Both the position numbers and the translations under genes were made by a program. This document shows, piece by piece, positions 17,953-26,359 of a stretch of 64,000 bases of DNA. The stretch's first letter is position 1; every line of letters starts with the position of its first letter. The notes under the pieces were generated by a model, which was not told the DNA's origin, searched no databases, and saw nothing but the letters and a program-made list of their open reading frames with translations. The DNA is from a virus (lineage: Duplodnaviria > Caudoviricetes). The stretch covers positions 5,031 through 69,030 of IMG/VR virus record IMGVR_UViG_3300020017_000193; one strand, given 5' to 3'.

Positions 17953-18198
17953 TTAGTGCACACCGGCATAGATGTGGTTCAGCGCTATCAGCTCAACCAC
18001 AGCCACGAAAACGCACAGAGCAATGAAATTAGGGCTGAACACTCGCTTGCGGCCGGATGAGCCTCCGCCCATTCCAGCGATGTCGGAATACCCAGGGAGC
18101 ATCATAAGGAGACCCAGGCAAGCAATGACTCCAACCTTGCTCCAGAAGGTCTGCTCTCGCCATGCAGTCACCTGTCTTGCCACCCACGGTAAGGGCAA
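17953..18198 (-). CDS. Small two-TM membrane protein
   Basis: Two hydrophobic segments; overlaps the end of the upstream lipoprotein gene. Confidence 0.6.
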   Translation of the reverse strand: MPLPWVARQVTAWREQTFWSKVGVIACLGLLMMLPGYSDIAGMGGGSSGRKRVFSPNFIALCVFVAVVELIALNHIYAGVH

Positions 18199-18479
18199 CT
18201 CATCGCTTTGAGGCGGCGTCTAAGCGCTGGAGATTCAGAAGAGTCGTAAACCCATAGGTCAGAGTATGCACTTGGGGAGAACTGGAGTGCGTCTCTAACA
18301 AACGCCTCACTTGCGAGCCTCTGGAAGTCCCGACATTGCTCAACTCGCTCGGCTTCCGTAGCTGGCATTGGTATGGCTTCGATTTTCTTTTCGTACTCAG
18401 TTTTTTCAAATAGCTTGCTGTAGCAGCCTGAGACAAATAGTGGCGCGACTATCAGTGCCGCGACCCGTAAGGCATTCAT
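18168..18479 (-). CDS. Small lipoprotein
   Basis: MNALRVAALIVAPLFVSGC lipobox. Confidence 0.7.
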   Translation of the reverse strand: MNALRVAALIVAPLFVSGCYSKLFEKTEYEKKIEAIPMPATEAERVEQCRDFQRLASEAFVRDALQFSPSAYSDLWVYDSSESPALRRRLKAMSCPYRGWQDR

Positions 18480-18555
18480 TCCACATTCCCTTGTGCACAC
18501 GAGCGCTACTCAGCTCGCAGTAGTTCGATTTAGGTTGCCGGGTAAGACCATGCGC

Positions 18556-18795
18556 CTACTCGGGCTTGCTCCGGATTATTTGCCCCGACTTAACCTCGTC
18601 CGAATACCCGGCTAGCCGATCCTCGTCCGCATGAAGCACCGTGCACATCTTCAGCACGGCCTGGGCGTCCGCCTCATTCCCGGCAAGGCTCAGTCGCTCT
18701 GCAATCCTCATCAGCTCTACCGCTGACCACTTGAGGTCGGAGGCAACGCCTTGCAGGTCCCGCTTAAGGTCTTGGTTTGGCTTGGTGAGGGGCAT
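18556..18795 (-). CDS. Hypothetical helical protein co-transcribed with cI
   Basis: GGAGGA RBS; directly downstream of cI. Confidence 0.75.
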   Translation of the reverse strand: MPLTKPNQDLKRDLQGVASDLKWSAVELMRIAERLSLAGNEADAQAVLKMCTVLHADEDRLAGYSDEVKSGQIIRSKPE

Positions 18796-18813
18796 AGGTC
18801 CTCCTGGAAGGCA

Positions 18814-19470
18814 TCAGTAAAACTTCTGCAGCGCCTGCACAACCACGCCCACGATCCGGCAGTTCTCGTCGACCGCCTCGATCGGGTAGCTCGGGTTCAG
18901 CGGCTTCAGGAACAGCCGGCCGCCGTCGCTCACCAGCTTCTTGAATGTGGCTTCATTGCTGTCCGGTAGCTTGGCCACGACCAGCTTACCTGGTGCGACC
19001 TCGGCCTCTGTGTCCACCAAGATCAAAGTGCCCTCGGTGATGCTCTGGCCGGCGGGCGCTGTCATCGAGTCACCTTTGACCGTCAGCCAGAACGCCGGGC
19101 CTTTGGAGTCGTACTCCGAAAACTCGTAGGTGTCCGAGATTCCAGCCGGGTAGGGCTCCACTGCTTCCGCCCAGGCGCCGGCGGCAACCCAGCTGACTAC
19201 TGGGTAGCGGAATGATTTGGTGGGCTGGGCGGCGGGGGAGATATTTGATTCGGTAGCCTCCCGCTCATTGCCCTCGCCAATGGCTAGCCACTCAGCCCGA
19301 AAGCCAGTCGCTTTCGCCAGGGCGTAAAGGTTCTCCGGCCTGAGGCTTTTGCTCTCGCCGGTGATCCACTGAGTGACGGCCGAATTTGCAACACCGCAAA
19401 GCGATGCAATTTCCCCTTTCTTTTTACCGCTGACCTGTATGGCGCGGGCGATACGTTCGTGTCTTTCCAT
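18814..19470 (-). CDS. cI: CI repressor (XRE HTH + S24 autopeptidase)
   Basis: HTH (IASLCGVANSAVTQWITG), VAAG cleavage site, catalytic GDSM Ser and TFKK Lys. Confidence 0.95.
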   Translation of the reverse strand: MERHERIARAIQVSGKKKGEIASLCGVANSAVTQWITGESKSLRPENLYALAKATGFRAEWLAIGEGNEREATESNISPAAQPTKSFRYPVVSWVAAGAWAEAVEPYPAGISDTYEFSEYDSKGPAFWLTVKGDSMTAPAGQSITEGTLILVDTEAEVAPGKLVVAKLPDSNEATFKKLVSDGGRLFLKPLNPSYPIEAVDENCRIVGVVVQALQKFY

Positions 19471-19480
19471 GGACTCAATA

Positions 19481-19550
19481 TTAAGTTAACTGAATTTAAG
19501 CATGCAGTAGGTGCAAATCACCGTTGATGCCATAACTTAAGCATGCTTAA
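19481..19550. promoter_or_regulatory. OR: three operator sites between cI and cro
   Basis: TTAAGTTAACTGAA (19481-19494), TTAAGCATGCAGTA (19496-19509), perfect palindrome TTAAGCATGCTTAA (19537-19550). Confidence 0.82.
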
Positions 19551-19579
19551 ATTGCGGCAGACTCGAACGAGGATGCGCA

Positions 19580-19759
19580 ATGAATACGCATGAAGTCGCC
19601 GAATTCTTCGGCAGCAAGACGAAGCTGGCACTCGCTTTGGGCATCCGCCCAAGCGCCGTGACCATGTGGGGGGAAACGATCCCCGAATCCCGGCAGTACC
19701 AGATCCAGGTCCTTTCCAAGGGCAAGTTCAAGGCGACAAAGAAAGACCAAGCCGCCTGA
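19580..19759 (+). CDS. cro: Cro-like repressor (59 aa; not in the ORF track)
   Basis: Manual translation MNTHEVAEFFGSKTKLALALGIRPSAVTMWGETIPESRQYQIQVLSKGKFKATKKDQAA; GAGG RBS; divergent from cI. Confidence 0.92.
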   Translation: MNTHEVAEFFGSKTKLALALGIRPSAVTMWGETIPESRQYQIQVLSKGKFKATKKDQAA

Positions 19760-19914
19760 CAGGCAAACCCTTCTGCCCATGTAGCCAGTATCGGCCCAGC
19801 CGGTATGCGAAGTAAGAAACCTGAGGTCGCTGGTGTTTTATCCAGTGGGTTTTGAGAGAGGCGATGCGGGGAGTAGGGCGAGGTGGTTGGCGCTTCGGCG
19901 CCGAATTACAGGCA

Positions 19915-19946
19915 ATAAAAAAGCCGACGTACGAGGTCGGCTTCTT
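19915..19946. terminator. tR1-like terminator hairpin
   Basis: AAAAAAGCCGAC-GTACGAG-GTCGGCTTCTT. Confidence 0.65.
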
Positions 19947-19970
19947 CAACAGCTTTGAGCGAGAGAAATC

Positions 19971-20816
19971 ATGCCAAACATTGTTCCGATACACAACCCT
20001 CGGGGGTTCACCCGAATGGACAACCAGATGATGGATGGCTTGATGGCCATCGATTTGTCGGCGCGCGAAATGAAGATAGTTCTGTACGTGGCAAAAGCCA
20101 CCTTGAACTTCAGCACGGGCGCCCATCGCATCCCGGCGGTCGATATCGCCAAGGCAACCCACATCCACCCTGACACCGTGTCGAAGGCTATATCCGGCCT
20201 GTTGCGCCGTCGCGTGCTGTATCGGGAAGGTGGTGCACGCGGTGACATCGGCGTTTGCGACCCAAAAGAGTGGATCTTCGTAGTAGAGCCGAAACAGACC
20301 ATATCGTCTGATTCGGCTCAAGTGGTCCGAATCGGCTCAGCCGCGAAACAGACCATAACCGACGACTCCCTTCTTTATACAAAGAAAGAACCCCTATTAA
20401 CTCTTTCTTCGAAAGAGATTAATCCGCCCCAACCAAAAACCGAGACGCCGAAGCCTGATCGCAAGGCTCCGTTCGGCATGGCCCAGTTGCTGGCCGACAA
20501 CCCGCACAACGTCCCTGAGCAGCTGCTCGCCGACTGGCTGACTCAGCGCAAAGCCAAGCGTGCAGCAGTGACAGCCACTGTCTGGTCGACCGTGAACACC
20601 GAGTTGGCCAAATGCGCCGAGGCCGGGATCACCGCAGACGATGCAATTACCGAAGCGCTGAATTCCGGCTGGCAGGGTTTCAAGGCTTCTTGGGTGATCA
20701 AGCGCTTGGCTGAGTCCGCACCGGCACCAGCCCCTCAGTCACGCCACACCGGGTTTGCCGAGCGCAACTACACCGATGGCCTGATCCAGCGTGAGGACGG
20801 TTCCTATGCGATCTGA
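19971..20816 (+). CDS. Replication initiator (lambda O-like N-terminus)
   Basis: GFTRMDNQMMDGLMAIDLSAREMKIV; HTH; C-terminal LLADWLTQRKAKRA...ALNSGWQG domain. Confidence 0.88.
   Translation: MPNIVPIHNPRGFTRMDNQMMDGLMAIDLSAREMKIVLYVAKATLNFSTGAHRIPAVDIAKATHIHPDTVSKAISGLLRRRVLYREGGARGDIGVCDPKEWIFVVEPKQTISSDSAQVVRIGSAAKQTITDDSLLYTKKEPLLTLSSKEINPPQPKTETPKPDRKAPFGMAQLLADNPHNVPEQLLADWLTQRKAKRAAVTATVWSTVNTELAKCAEAGITADDAITEALNSGWQGFKASWVIKRLAESAPAPAPQSRHTGFAERNYTDGLIQREDGSYAI
20289..20410. repeat. Putative replication origin: iterons plus A/T-rich tract inside the O-like gene
   Basis: GAAACAGACCATA at 20291 and 20345; two inverted variants (GTCTGATTCGG and GGTCCGAATCGG) between them; A/T-rich tract follows. 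Confidence 0.65.
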
Positions 20817-21612
20817 GCCTGCCCAGCAAACCCCTGAGCTGCCGCCGGGCACCCGCATCCAGCCCGCCGAATGCGAGACCCACGGCCACTACGACCAGAA
20901 GATTTTCCCGGTGCTGGGCAAGGAGCTGAAGAGCGGTTGTCCTGAGTGCGGACGGATTATTCGCGAGAAGGCCGAAGCTGCTGAGCTGGCCAACAAGGCG
21001 ATGGAACTCCGCATGGCCATGGAGCGCAAGCTCGGCGCCGCGCTGATCCCCAAGCGCTTCGCCAGCAAGACCCTGGACGGCTACGTCGCTACCACCACTG
21101 AACAGCGAAAGGCGCTGAACACCTGCCGCCGGTATGCCGCTGAGTTCGCGCAGATTGCCGAGACTGGCCGCTGCTTGTTGCTGCTGGGCAAGCCCGGTAC
21201 CGGCAAGACGCACCTGTCCGTTGCCATCGCCAACGAGATTATGGCCAAGTCCAACGCGACTGCGGTGTATCGCACCATCGGCGCCGTACTGCAGGCCATC
21301 CGCGCCACCTACGATCACTCCAGCGACCAGAGCGAAAGCCAGATTCTGTCGAGCCTGATCAGCCCCTCGTTGCTCATCCTGGACGAGATCGGCGTCAGCA
21401 AGGAGAAGCCGAGCGACTTCGAGTTGACCACGCTGTTCGCAATCATCAATGGCCGCTACGAAGAGCTGCGCCCGACGGTGATCGTTTCCAACCTAGATGG
21501 GCAGTCGCTGCCAGGGGCCATCGGCGAGCGCTGCATTGACCGGCTGCGGGAGGGCGGGGTGATCGTCATTCCATTTGAGTGGGAATCACAGCGCGGTAAG
21601 GAGGGTTTCTGA
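20806..21612 (+). CDS. DnaC/IstB-like helicase loader ATPase
   Basis: N-terminal CETHG...CPEC Zn motif; Walker A GKPGTGKT; Walker B LLILDEIG; NGRYE...IVSNL...DRLREG. Confidence 0.92.
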   Translation: MRSEPAQQTPELPPGTRIQPAECETHGHYDQKIFPVLGKELKSGCPECGRIIREKAEAAELANKAMELRMAMERKLGAALIPKRFASKTLDGYVATTTEQRKALNTCRRYAAEFAQIAETGRCLLLLGKPGTGKTHLSVAIANEIMAKSNATAVYRTIGAVLQAIRATYDHSSDQSESQILSSLISPSLLILDEIGVSKEKPSDFELTTLFAIINGRYEELRPTVIVSNLDGQSLPGAIGERCIDRLREGGVIVIPFEWESQRGKEGF

Positions 21613-22082
21613 TGTCCGACAAGATCAGCGTCAACTGCCAGGCCAAGCTCTCCGAAGTCATCACGAAAATCAGCGCCATGTACAAAGACAAGAAGTTTGT
21701 GGTGGTGACCCTGCGCCCGGGCAAGGACCGCACGCTCGATCAGAACCGGCTGTGGTTCGGGATGTACAAGCGCATCGCCGAGATGTCCCAGATCGGCGAC
21801 GCGGCTGACGCTCGCCGTTACTGCAAGCTGCACTTCGGCGTGCAGATCCTACTGAACGAGGATGCCGGGTTTCAGGCTGAGTGGTACCGGGTCATGCGTC
21901 ATCTGCCCTACGAAACGAAGTTGGCCATGATGGGGGAGTGCCACTTGTTCGGCCCCGACGGTTTCCCGGTGACCAGCCTGTTCAACCGTGCCCAGGGCAT
22001 CAATTACACCGACCGCATCGCCACCTATTTCACAGGCCAAGGTGTGGTTTTCACTGATCTACTCAGCAAGGAGGCTGCATGA
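21612..22082 (+). CDS. ninB: NinB-like recombination protein
   Basis: RTLDQNRLWFGMY motif; position between the helicase loader and ninG. Confidence 0.65.
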   Translation: MSDKISVNCQAKLSEVITKISAMYKDKKFVVVTLRPGKDRTLDQNRLWFGMYKRIAEMSQIGDAADARRYCKLHFGVQILLNEDAGFQAEWYRVMRHLPYETKLAMMGECHLFGPDGFPVTSLFNRAQGINYTDRIATYFTGQGVVFTDLLSKEAA

Positions 22083-22669
22083 TCGCCAAGCAACCCAAAC
22101 CGAAGAAGTGCAAGAACCCGGCATGCGGCATCAGCTTTCCGCCGCAGCGCCTGGGCCAGGCCGTATGCAGCCCGAAGTGCGGCCTGGCCATCAAGGACGT
22201 GAACCAGGCGAAGGCGCGCAAGTCGCTGGCCCAGGTCGAGCGCCGCGAGATCAAGATCCGCAAGGAGAAACTGAAGAGTCGCGGCGAACACATGCGCGAG
22301 GCTCAGCAGGCGTTCAACGAATACATTCGCGCCCGGGACCAGGCCGCCGGGCACCTCTGCATCTCCAGCGGCAAGCCGTTGGACTGGAGCGGCAACGCAG
22401 TCGATGCCGGCCACTACCGCAGCGTTGGCTCCGCGCCTCACCTGCGCTTCGATGAGCGCAACTGTCACGCACAGAGCAAGCAGGACAACCGCTTCCTTTC
22501 GGGCAATGCCGTGGATTACCGGATCGGCCTGATCGCACGCATTGGCCAGGAGGCCGTCGACGCCCTGGAAGCTGACCAGAGCGTGCGCAAGTACACCGTC
22601 GAGCAGATCAAGGGCATCAAGGCCTACTACCGGGCAAAGACAAGAGAGCTGAAGAGGACTGCAGCATGA
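22079..22669 (+). CDS. ninG: NinG/Rap recombination endonuclease
   Basis: KKCKNPAC, FNEYIRARD, CISSG, DAGHYRSVG, NCHAQSKQDN, YRIGLIARIG. Confidence 0.92.
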   Translation: MIAKQPKPKKCKNPACGISFPPQRLGQAVCSPKCGLAIKDVNQAKARKSLAQVERREIKIRKEKLKSRGEHMREAQQAFNEYIRARDQAAGHLCISSGKPLDWSGNAVDAGHYRSVGSAPHLRFDERNCHAQSKQDNRFLSGNAVDYRIGLIARIGQEAVDALEADQSVRKYTVEQIKGIKAYYRAKTRELKRTAA

Positions 22670-23211
22670 CCTATCGCAACGTTGTTTCAGCAGTAGTTCG
22701 AGCCCTTGCGGCCGAGACCATCACTTCGGCCGGCGGCTGCGACTTCGAGCCGAAGGTTCAGTGCGCCAAGCAGAAGGGGGAGATCGTCGGCAAGGAGGCG
22801 GCGTTTCTCCAGGACTGCTGGGTGTTCGGTCGGCTACACAAGGCGTTGACCCCGGCGCACTGGCGGGCGCTCGTGGCGAAGTACTCGACGCATGAGGAAC
22901 GAAAACACGGTGCGATACTGGAGTTGCTGAACTCTGTGAAAACGCCGGCGCCGAAGCGCTTCCGAGAATGCGCGGTGCTGACCTGGGCCATCCCGCAAGT
23001 TGCCGGTGCCGAGGGCAAGCGTTCCGCCGCTGTGCTGCCGGCCGCCTGGTACGACATCACAAATTGGGATAACGACGGCAAGCCGGAATCGACTCGGTAC
23101 CGGTGGCGCTCAGGGATCCGCAAGGCGTTGGATGACCAGGTAAACGAGGCGCTGACGGCCGCTCAGGAACTGCTCGACGCAGAGGGGTTAATCGAAAGTT
23201 GTGCTGCGTAG
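22666..23211 (+). CDS. Putative late-gene antiterminator (Q position)
   Basis: Last early gene before a promoter + terminator arrangement; helical protein; assignment by position. Confidence 0.6.
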   Translation: MTYRNVVSAVVRALAAETITSAGGCDFEPKVQCAKQKGEIVGKEAAFLQDCWVFGRLHKALTPAHWRALVAKYSTHEERKHGAILELLNSVKTPAPKRFRECAVLTWAIPQVAGAEGKRSAAVLPAAWYDITNWDNDGKPESTRYRWRSGIRKALDDQVNEALTAAQELLDAEGLIESCAA

Positions 23212-23221
23212 CTAATCGCTA

Positions 23222-23318
23222 TTGCAATGAGTGAGAAAGTGAGAGACTATTTACCCATCCTGTCGATCTTGCGCGTTGAGGTTGCACAGTAAAGCCCGGC
23301 ATGAAGTCGGGCTTTTTC
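23222..23318 (+). promoter_or_regulatory. pR'-like late promoter with a downstream terminator
   Basis: TTGCAA-17 nt-GACTAT (23222-23250), then the hairpin AAGCCCGGC-ATGAA-GTCGGGCTTTTT. Confidence 0.5.
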
Positions 23319-23335
23319 ATGTGAGGCAAAGGACG

Positions 23336-23599
23336 ATGCGAGCTCTCTTACTTCTCGGAATGTTGCTTTCGCCTTTGGCGTTTGCCGACACAATCGAGCC
23401 TTCACATGACTGTAGCCAGCCAAGTGTTCCATACGAATTTGAAGACCAGAACGAGCGTGATCAATTCAACGCCGAGGTGGAGGAGTACAAATCCTGCATC
23501 ACTGACTTCGTAGAGGAGCAGCAAGACGCTATTAGGAAGCATAAGTCTGCGGCCGACGACGCCATTGAAGAGTGGAATTCGTTCGCCCGATCGACATAG
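23336..23599 (+). CDS. Small secreted protein (moron)
   Basis: Signal peptide MRALLLLGMLLSPLAFA; two Cys; acidic helices; followed by a terminator. Confidence 0.75.
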   Translation: MRALLLLGMLLSPLAFADTIEPSHDCSQPSVPYEFEDQNERDQFNAEVEEYKSCITDFVEEQQDAIRKHKSAADDAIEEWNSFARST

Positions 23600-23683
23600 C
23601 CGCTACGTATTTCTCCAAGCCTCGCCAAGTGCGGGGCTTTTTATTGCCCAAGGAAAGGGTGATTCAGCAAAAGGAATTTGAAG

Positions 23684-23869
23684 ATGTTGAAAGAATTCAG
23701 ATGCGGTAACTGCAACCGACTTCTCGCCCGCACGGGTGGGTTTACAGAGCTCCAGATCAAATGTTCCCGATGTGGGACGCTGAATCATGTGAAGGCCACG
23801 AGCCTCGAGCAATCGCCCATGAGCGCCATACGCCCAATTCAGAGGCCTGAACTTAAATCAGCTCAGTAA
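23684..23869 (+). CDS. com: Mu Com-family zinc-finger translational regulator
   Basis: KEFRCGNCNRLLA...LQIKCSRCGTLN. Confidence 0.9.
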   Translation: MLKEFRCGNCNRLLARTGGFTELQIKCSRCGTLNHVKATSLEQSPMSAIRPIQRPELKSAQ

Positions 23870-23880
23870 TGGAGTTTAAA

Positions 23881-24843
23881 ATGGAAAACGCAAACTCGGC
23901 GTCTCAAACCTTGCAAGATCTTTGGACTCAAGTAGAACCGGTGGATAACACCGGCATGCTTAGGCGCGTGGTTTTTGCGCAAGGCAAGTTTTATGCGGTT
24001 GGTGGCAATGGTCTTCCCACAACCACTCAGGTTGTCATCGGAGGCGCAACTGGTACAGCGTGGACCAAGCTGAAGGGCGCCCTCACCTCTGATAGCGGAA
24101 AGGTCCTCAACGAGCTGTACTGGAACGGTATTGGGTCATCGCTTCAAGCCCTTTCTCAATCCGGCAATCTGTTCTTCGGCAACGCAGACCACCCTGAGAG
24201 GGTTTGGACAGACCTTACGGCAACTGTTCGCGCGTCCGCAGACTTGCAAGGCATTGTGTTTTATCAGCCAATTTCCGGCAATGACTACACCTGGATACTG
24301 GTTGGGTCTAACGGTAAAGTCTTTTCCCGTTATAGCGATTGGTCAGGCCAGGTGGAGCGCACTACGACCTTCACTTCTAGCGAGACTGTGTACTGCGTCA
24401 ACGTCATTGGCAGTTTTGTGTTGGTTGCGGGATCGAATGGGAAGCTGCTTAGCGCTGTGAAGATGGCGACGGAAAATCCGCAAACATTCAACACCAGAAC
24501 CAGCACCTTCGGCACTAGCACTATCCTTTCCATGAAGCTTTGCAACGGGAAAATGTTTATCGTTGGTGCGGATGGCAAGATGGCATATTCATCCGATGGG
24601 CTTAGCTGGACTGCTGTTGAAGATACCAGTTTCGGTGGAACCATCATCCGCGACATTGCTTACGGTAATGGCAAGTATGTAGCTGTCGGCGACGGCGGTA
24701 AGACAGCCGTTTCCGAGGATGGGATCGGTTGGGTTCAGCAAGCCAACACTTTCGCAGGAACCGATATCCGGAGCGTCGCCTACGGCAAAGGCAATTTTAT
24801 AGCTGTTGGTGCAGGCGGCAAGATTGCTTACTGGACTCCATGA
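23881..24843 (+). CDS. Beta-propeller (WD40/YVTN/BNR-like) repeat protein
   Basis: About 7 repeats such as IAYGNGKYVAVGDGGK and SSDGLSW; no signal peptide; GGAG RBS. Confidence 0.85.
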   Translation: MENANSASQTLQDLWTQVEPVDNTGMLRRVVFAQGKFYAVGGNGLPTTTQVVIGGATGTAWTKLKGALTSDSGKVLNELYWNGIGSSLQALSQSGNLFFGNADHPERVWTDLTATVRASADLQGIVFYQPISGNDYTWILVGSNGKVFSRYSDWSGQVERTTTFTSSETVYCVNVIGSFVLVAGSNGKLLSAVKMATENPQTFNTRTSTFGTSTILSMKLCNGKMFIVGADGKMAYSSDGLSWTAVEDTSFGGTIIRDIAYGNGKYVAVGDGGKTAVSEDGIGWVQQANTFAGTDIRSVAYGKGNFIAVGAGGKIAYWTP

Positions 24844-24865
24844 TCTTCTATCTCCTTGCGTAATA

Positions 24866-24893
24866 GAGCCCAGCCGTCGCGCTGGGCTTTTTC
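24866..24893 (+). terminator. Intrinsic terminator
   Basis: AGCCCAGC-CGTCGC-GCTGGGCTTTTT. Confidence 0.8.
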
Positions 24894-24980
24894 ATTTTCG
24901 GCCCCGCCACACCCTTCGCTCTAAGCAGGGAGTGCCGTCGGGGCTGACCTATTTCAAACATGCCCCACGGAGTCGAGCGC

Positions 24981-25319
24981 ATGGAGTATCTACAGCGCCT
25001 GCTCGACAAGATCGACAGGTTCGAATTGCTTATCGCGGGCCTTGTTGGTGCCGTGATCGCCAGCTGGTGGCACAAGGACGACTTGAACGACTGGCGTGCC
25101 TGGATGATCTTCCTCATCACCGGTATGGCCTGCTCGATCTACTTAACGAGCATGGTCAGCACCTACCTGGGCGTGACCGAGCCGAAGATCGTCGCCGGTA
25201 TCGGCTTCCTGCTGGGTGCCTTCGGCGGCTCGCTCCTGGCGGCCATCAATCGAGCCATCAAATCCGCTGACCTCTGGGCGCTTATTCGCCAGCGGTTCGG
25301 GGGAGGCAATCCACCATGA
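24981..25319 (+). CDS. Holin
   Basis: 112 aa with 2-3 TMs; first conserved late gene. Confidence 0.8.
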   Translation: MEYLQRLLDKIDRFELLIAGLVGAVIASWWHKDDLNDWRAWMIFLITGMACSIYLTSMVSTYLGVTEPKIVAGIGFLLGAFGGSLLAAINRAIKSADLWALIRQRFGGGNPP

Positions 25320-25660
25320 ATCTTGAACTGATCAACTCCATCGCCTGCGGTCTCATTGCGCTGTGGGCTGCCTGGTGCGTACTGAGCGGGAAGGTGAGGG
25401 ACGGCATCCTCGGGAAGCTGATCTACTCGGCCATCGCCATCAGCGGGTTCGTCGCCATGGCGCGCAGCCAGAACATCTTCTTCGGCCCGACCAGTGCCGG
25501 ACTGACGCTGCATGTTGCCCTGGCCATGGCCGGTGCCCGGCACATCTTCATGGTCACGTACTGGCAACGGGTGAAGGTCTGGCTGTGCCGGACGCTGAAC
25601 TGCGAGCACTGCCTGCACTGTGACAAGGCGCCAGGTGGTGTCGAGCGCCGGACCAAGTAA
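25316..25660 (+). CDS. Holin-associated three-TM membrane protein
   Basis: ATGA overlap with the holin; three hydrophobic segments. Confidence 0.75.
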   Translation: MNLELINSIACGLIALWAAWCVLSGKVRDGILGKLIYSAIAISGFVAMARSQNIFFGPTSAGLTLHVALAMAGARHIFMVTYWQRVKVWLCRTLNCEHCLHCDKAPGGVERRTK

Positions 25661-25716
25661 TCCGCGCCACGTTTTCGAATGCGCCAAATCGTGGCGCGCA
25701 ATCATGAGGGATGCAG

Positions 25717-26160
25717 ATGACGACCATTGCCTACAAAGACGGCGTGATCGCCTATGACTCCCAGGTAACCCGTGGTGACGTCATCACCGACGATGCATAT
25801 GAGAAGTGCATCGAGCAGAAGGGCGTCAAGTTCTTCTGCGCAGGACCAGTGTCTGACCACCAGCGGCTAGTTGACGTGTACTTCGGCGCAAAGCCAGAGG
25901 GTAATATCGACGCGGCTGCGCTTGTGGTCGATGGCGAGAGAATGATGCATGTCGCTGTGGATGATGTGACCGGCCTTTGGAAGACGCCAATCCTCCTGAG
26001 CCGGATATACGCCATTGGTAGTGGGACGCCTTATGCGTTCGCTGCAATGGACATGGGCGCCAGCGCCTATAAGGCGGTCGAGATTGCTGCAAAGCGCGAC
26101 ACCAGCACCGGTGGAACGATTCGCACCGTTTTACTTGCCGAGCAAGGTAGGGCGGGGTAG
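25717..26160 (+). CDS. Ntn-hydrolase (proteasome-beta/HslV-like) peptidase
   Basis: N-terminal M-T-T-I-A, ..DSQ.T, EK, AIGSG, A..RD..TGG pattern. Confidence 0.75.
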   Translation: MTTIAYKDGVIAYDSQVTRGDVITDDAYEKCIEQKGVKFFCAGPVSDHQRLVDVYFGAKPEGNIDAAALVVDGERMMHVAVDDVTGLWKTPILLSRIYAIGSGTPYAFAAMDMGASAYKAVEIAAKRDTSTGGTIRTVLLAEQGRAG

Positions 26161-26359
26161 GTGTGGGGTTAGCTGGCAGCTGGGTGTCTTTTTCGGGTGC
26201 CTAGTTTTTCTATTTTCCACCAAATATAGGTGTATAGAGCTGTTTTTTTTGATTCTATTGTCGGATTGGGTTTTTGTGATAGTATGGGGCTGTTCGAAAT
26301 GAACACGACCCCGTTGGATGTTACGTCGTCCAACATACTCACTTGAATCGGTATTGATT

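Noticed and set aside
19728-20321. 197-aa minus-strand ORF spanning the cII position
   Set aside because: Overlaps O and cro in antisense, with no RBS or domain signal.
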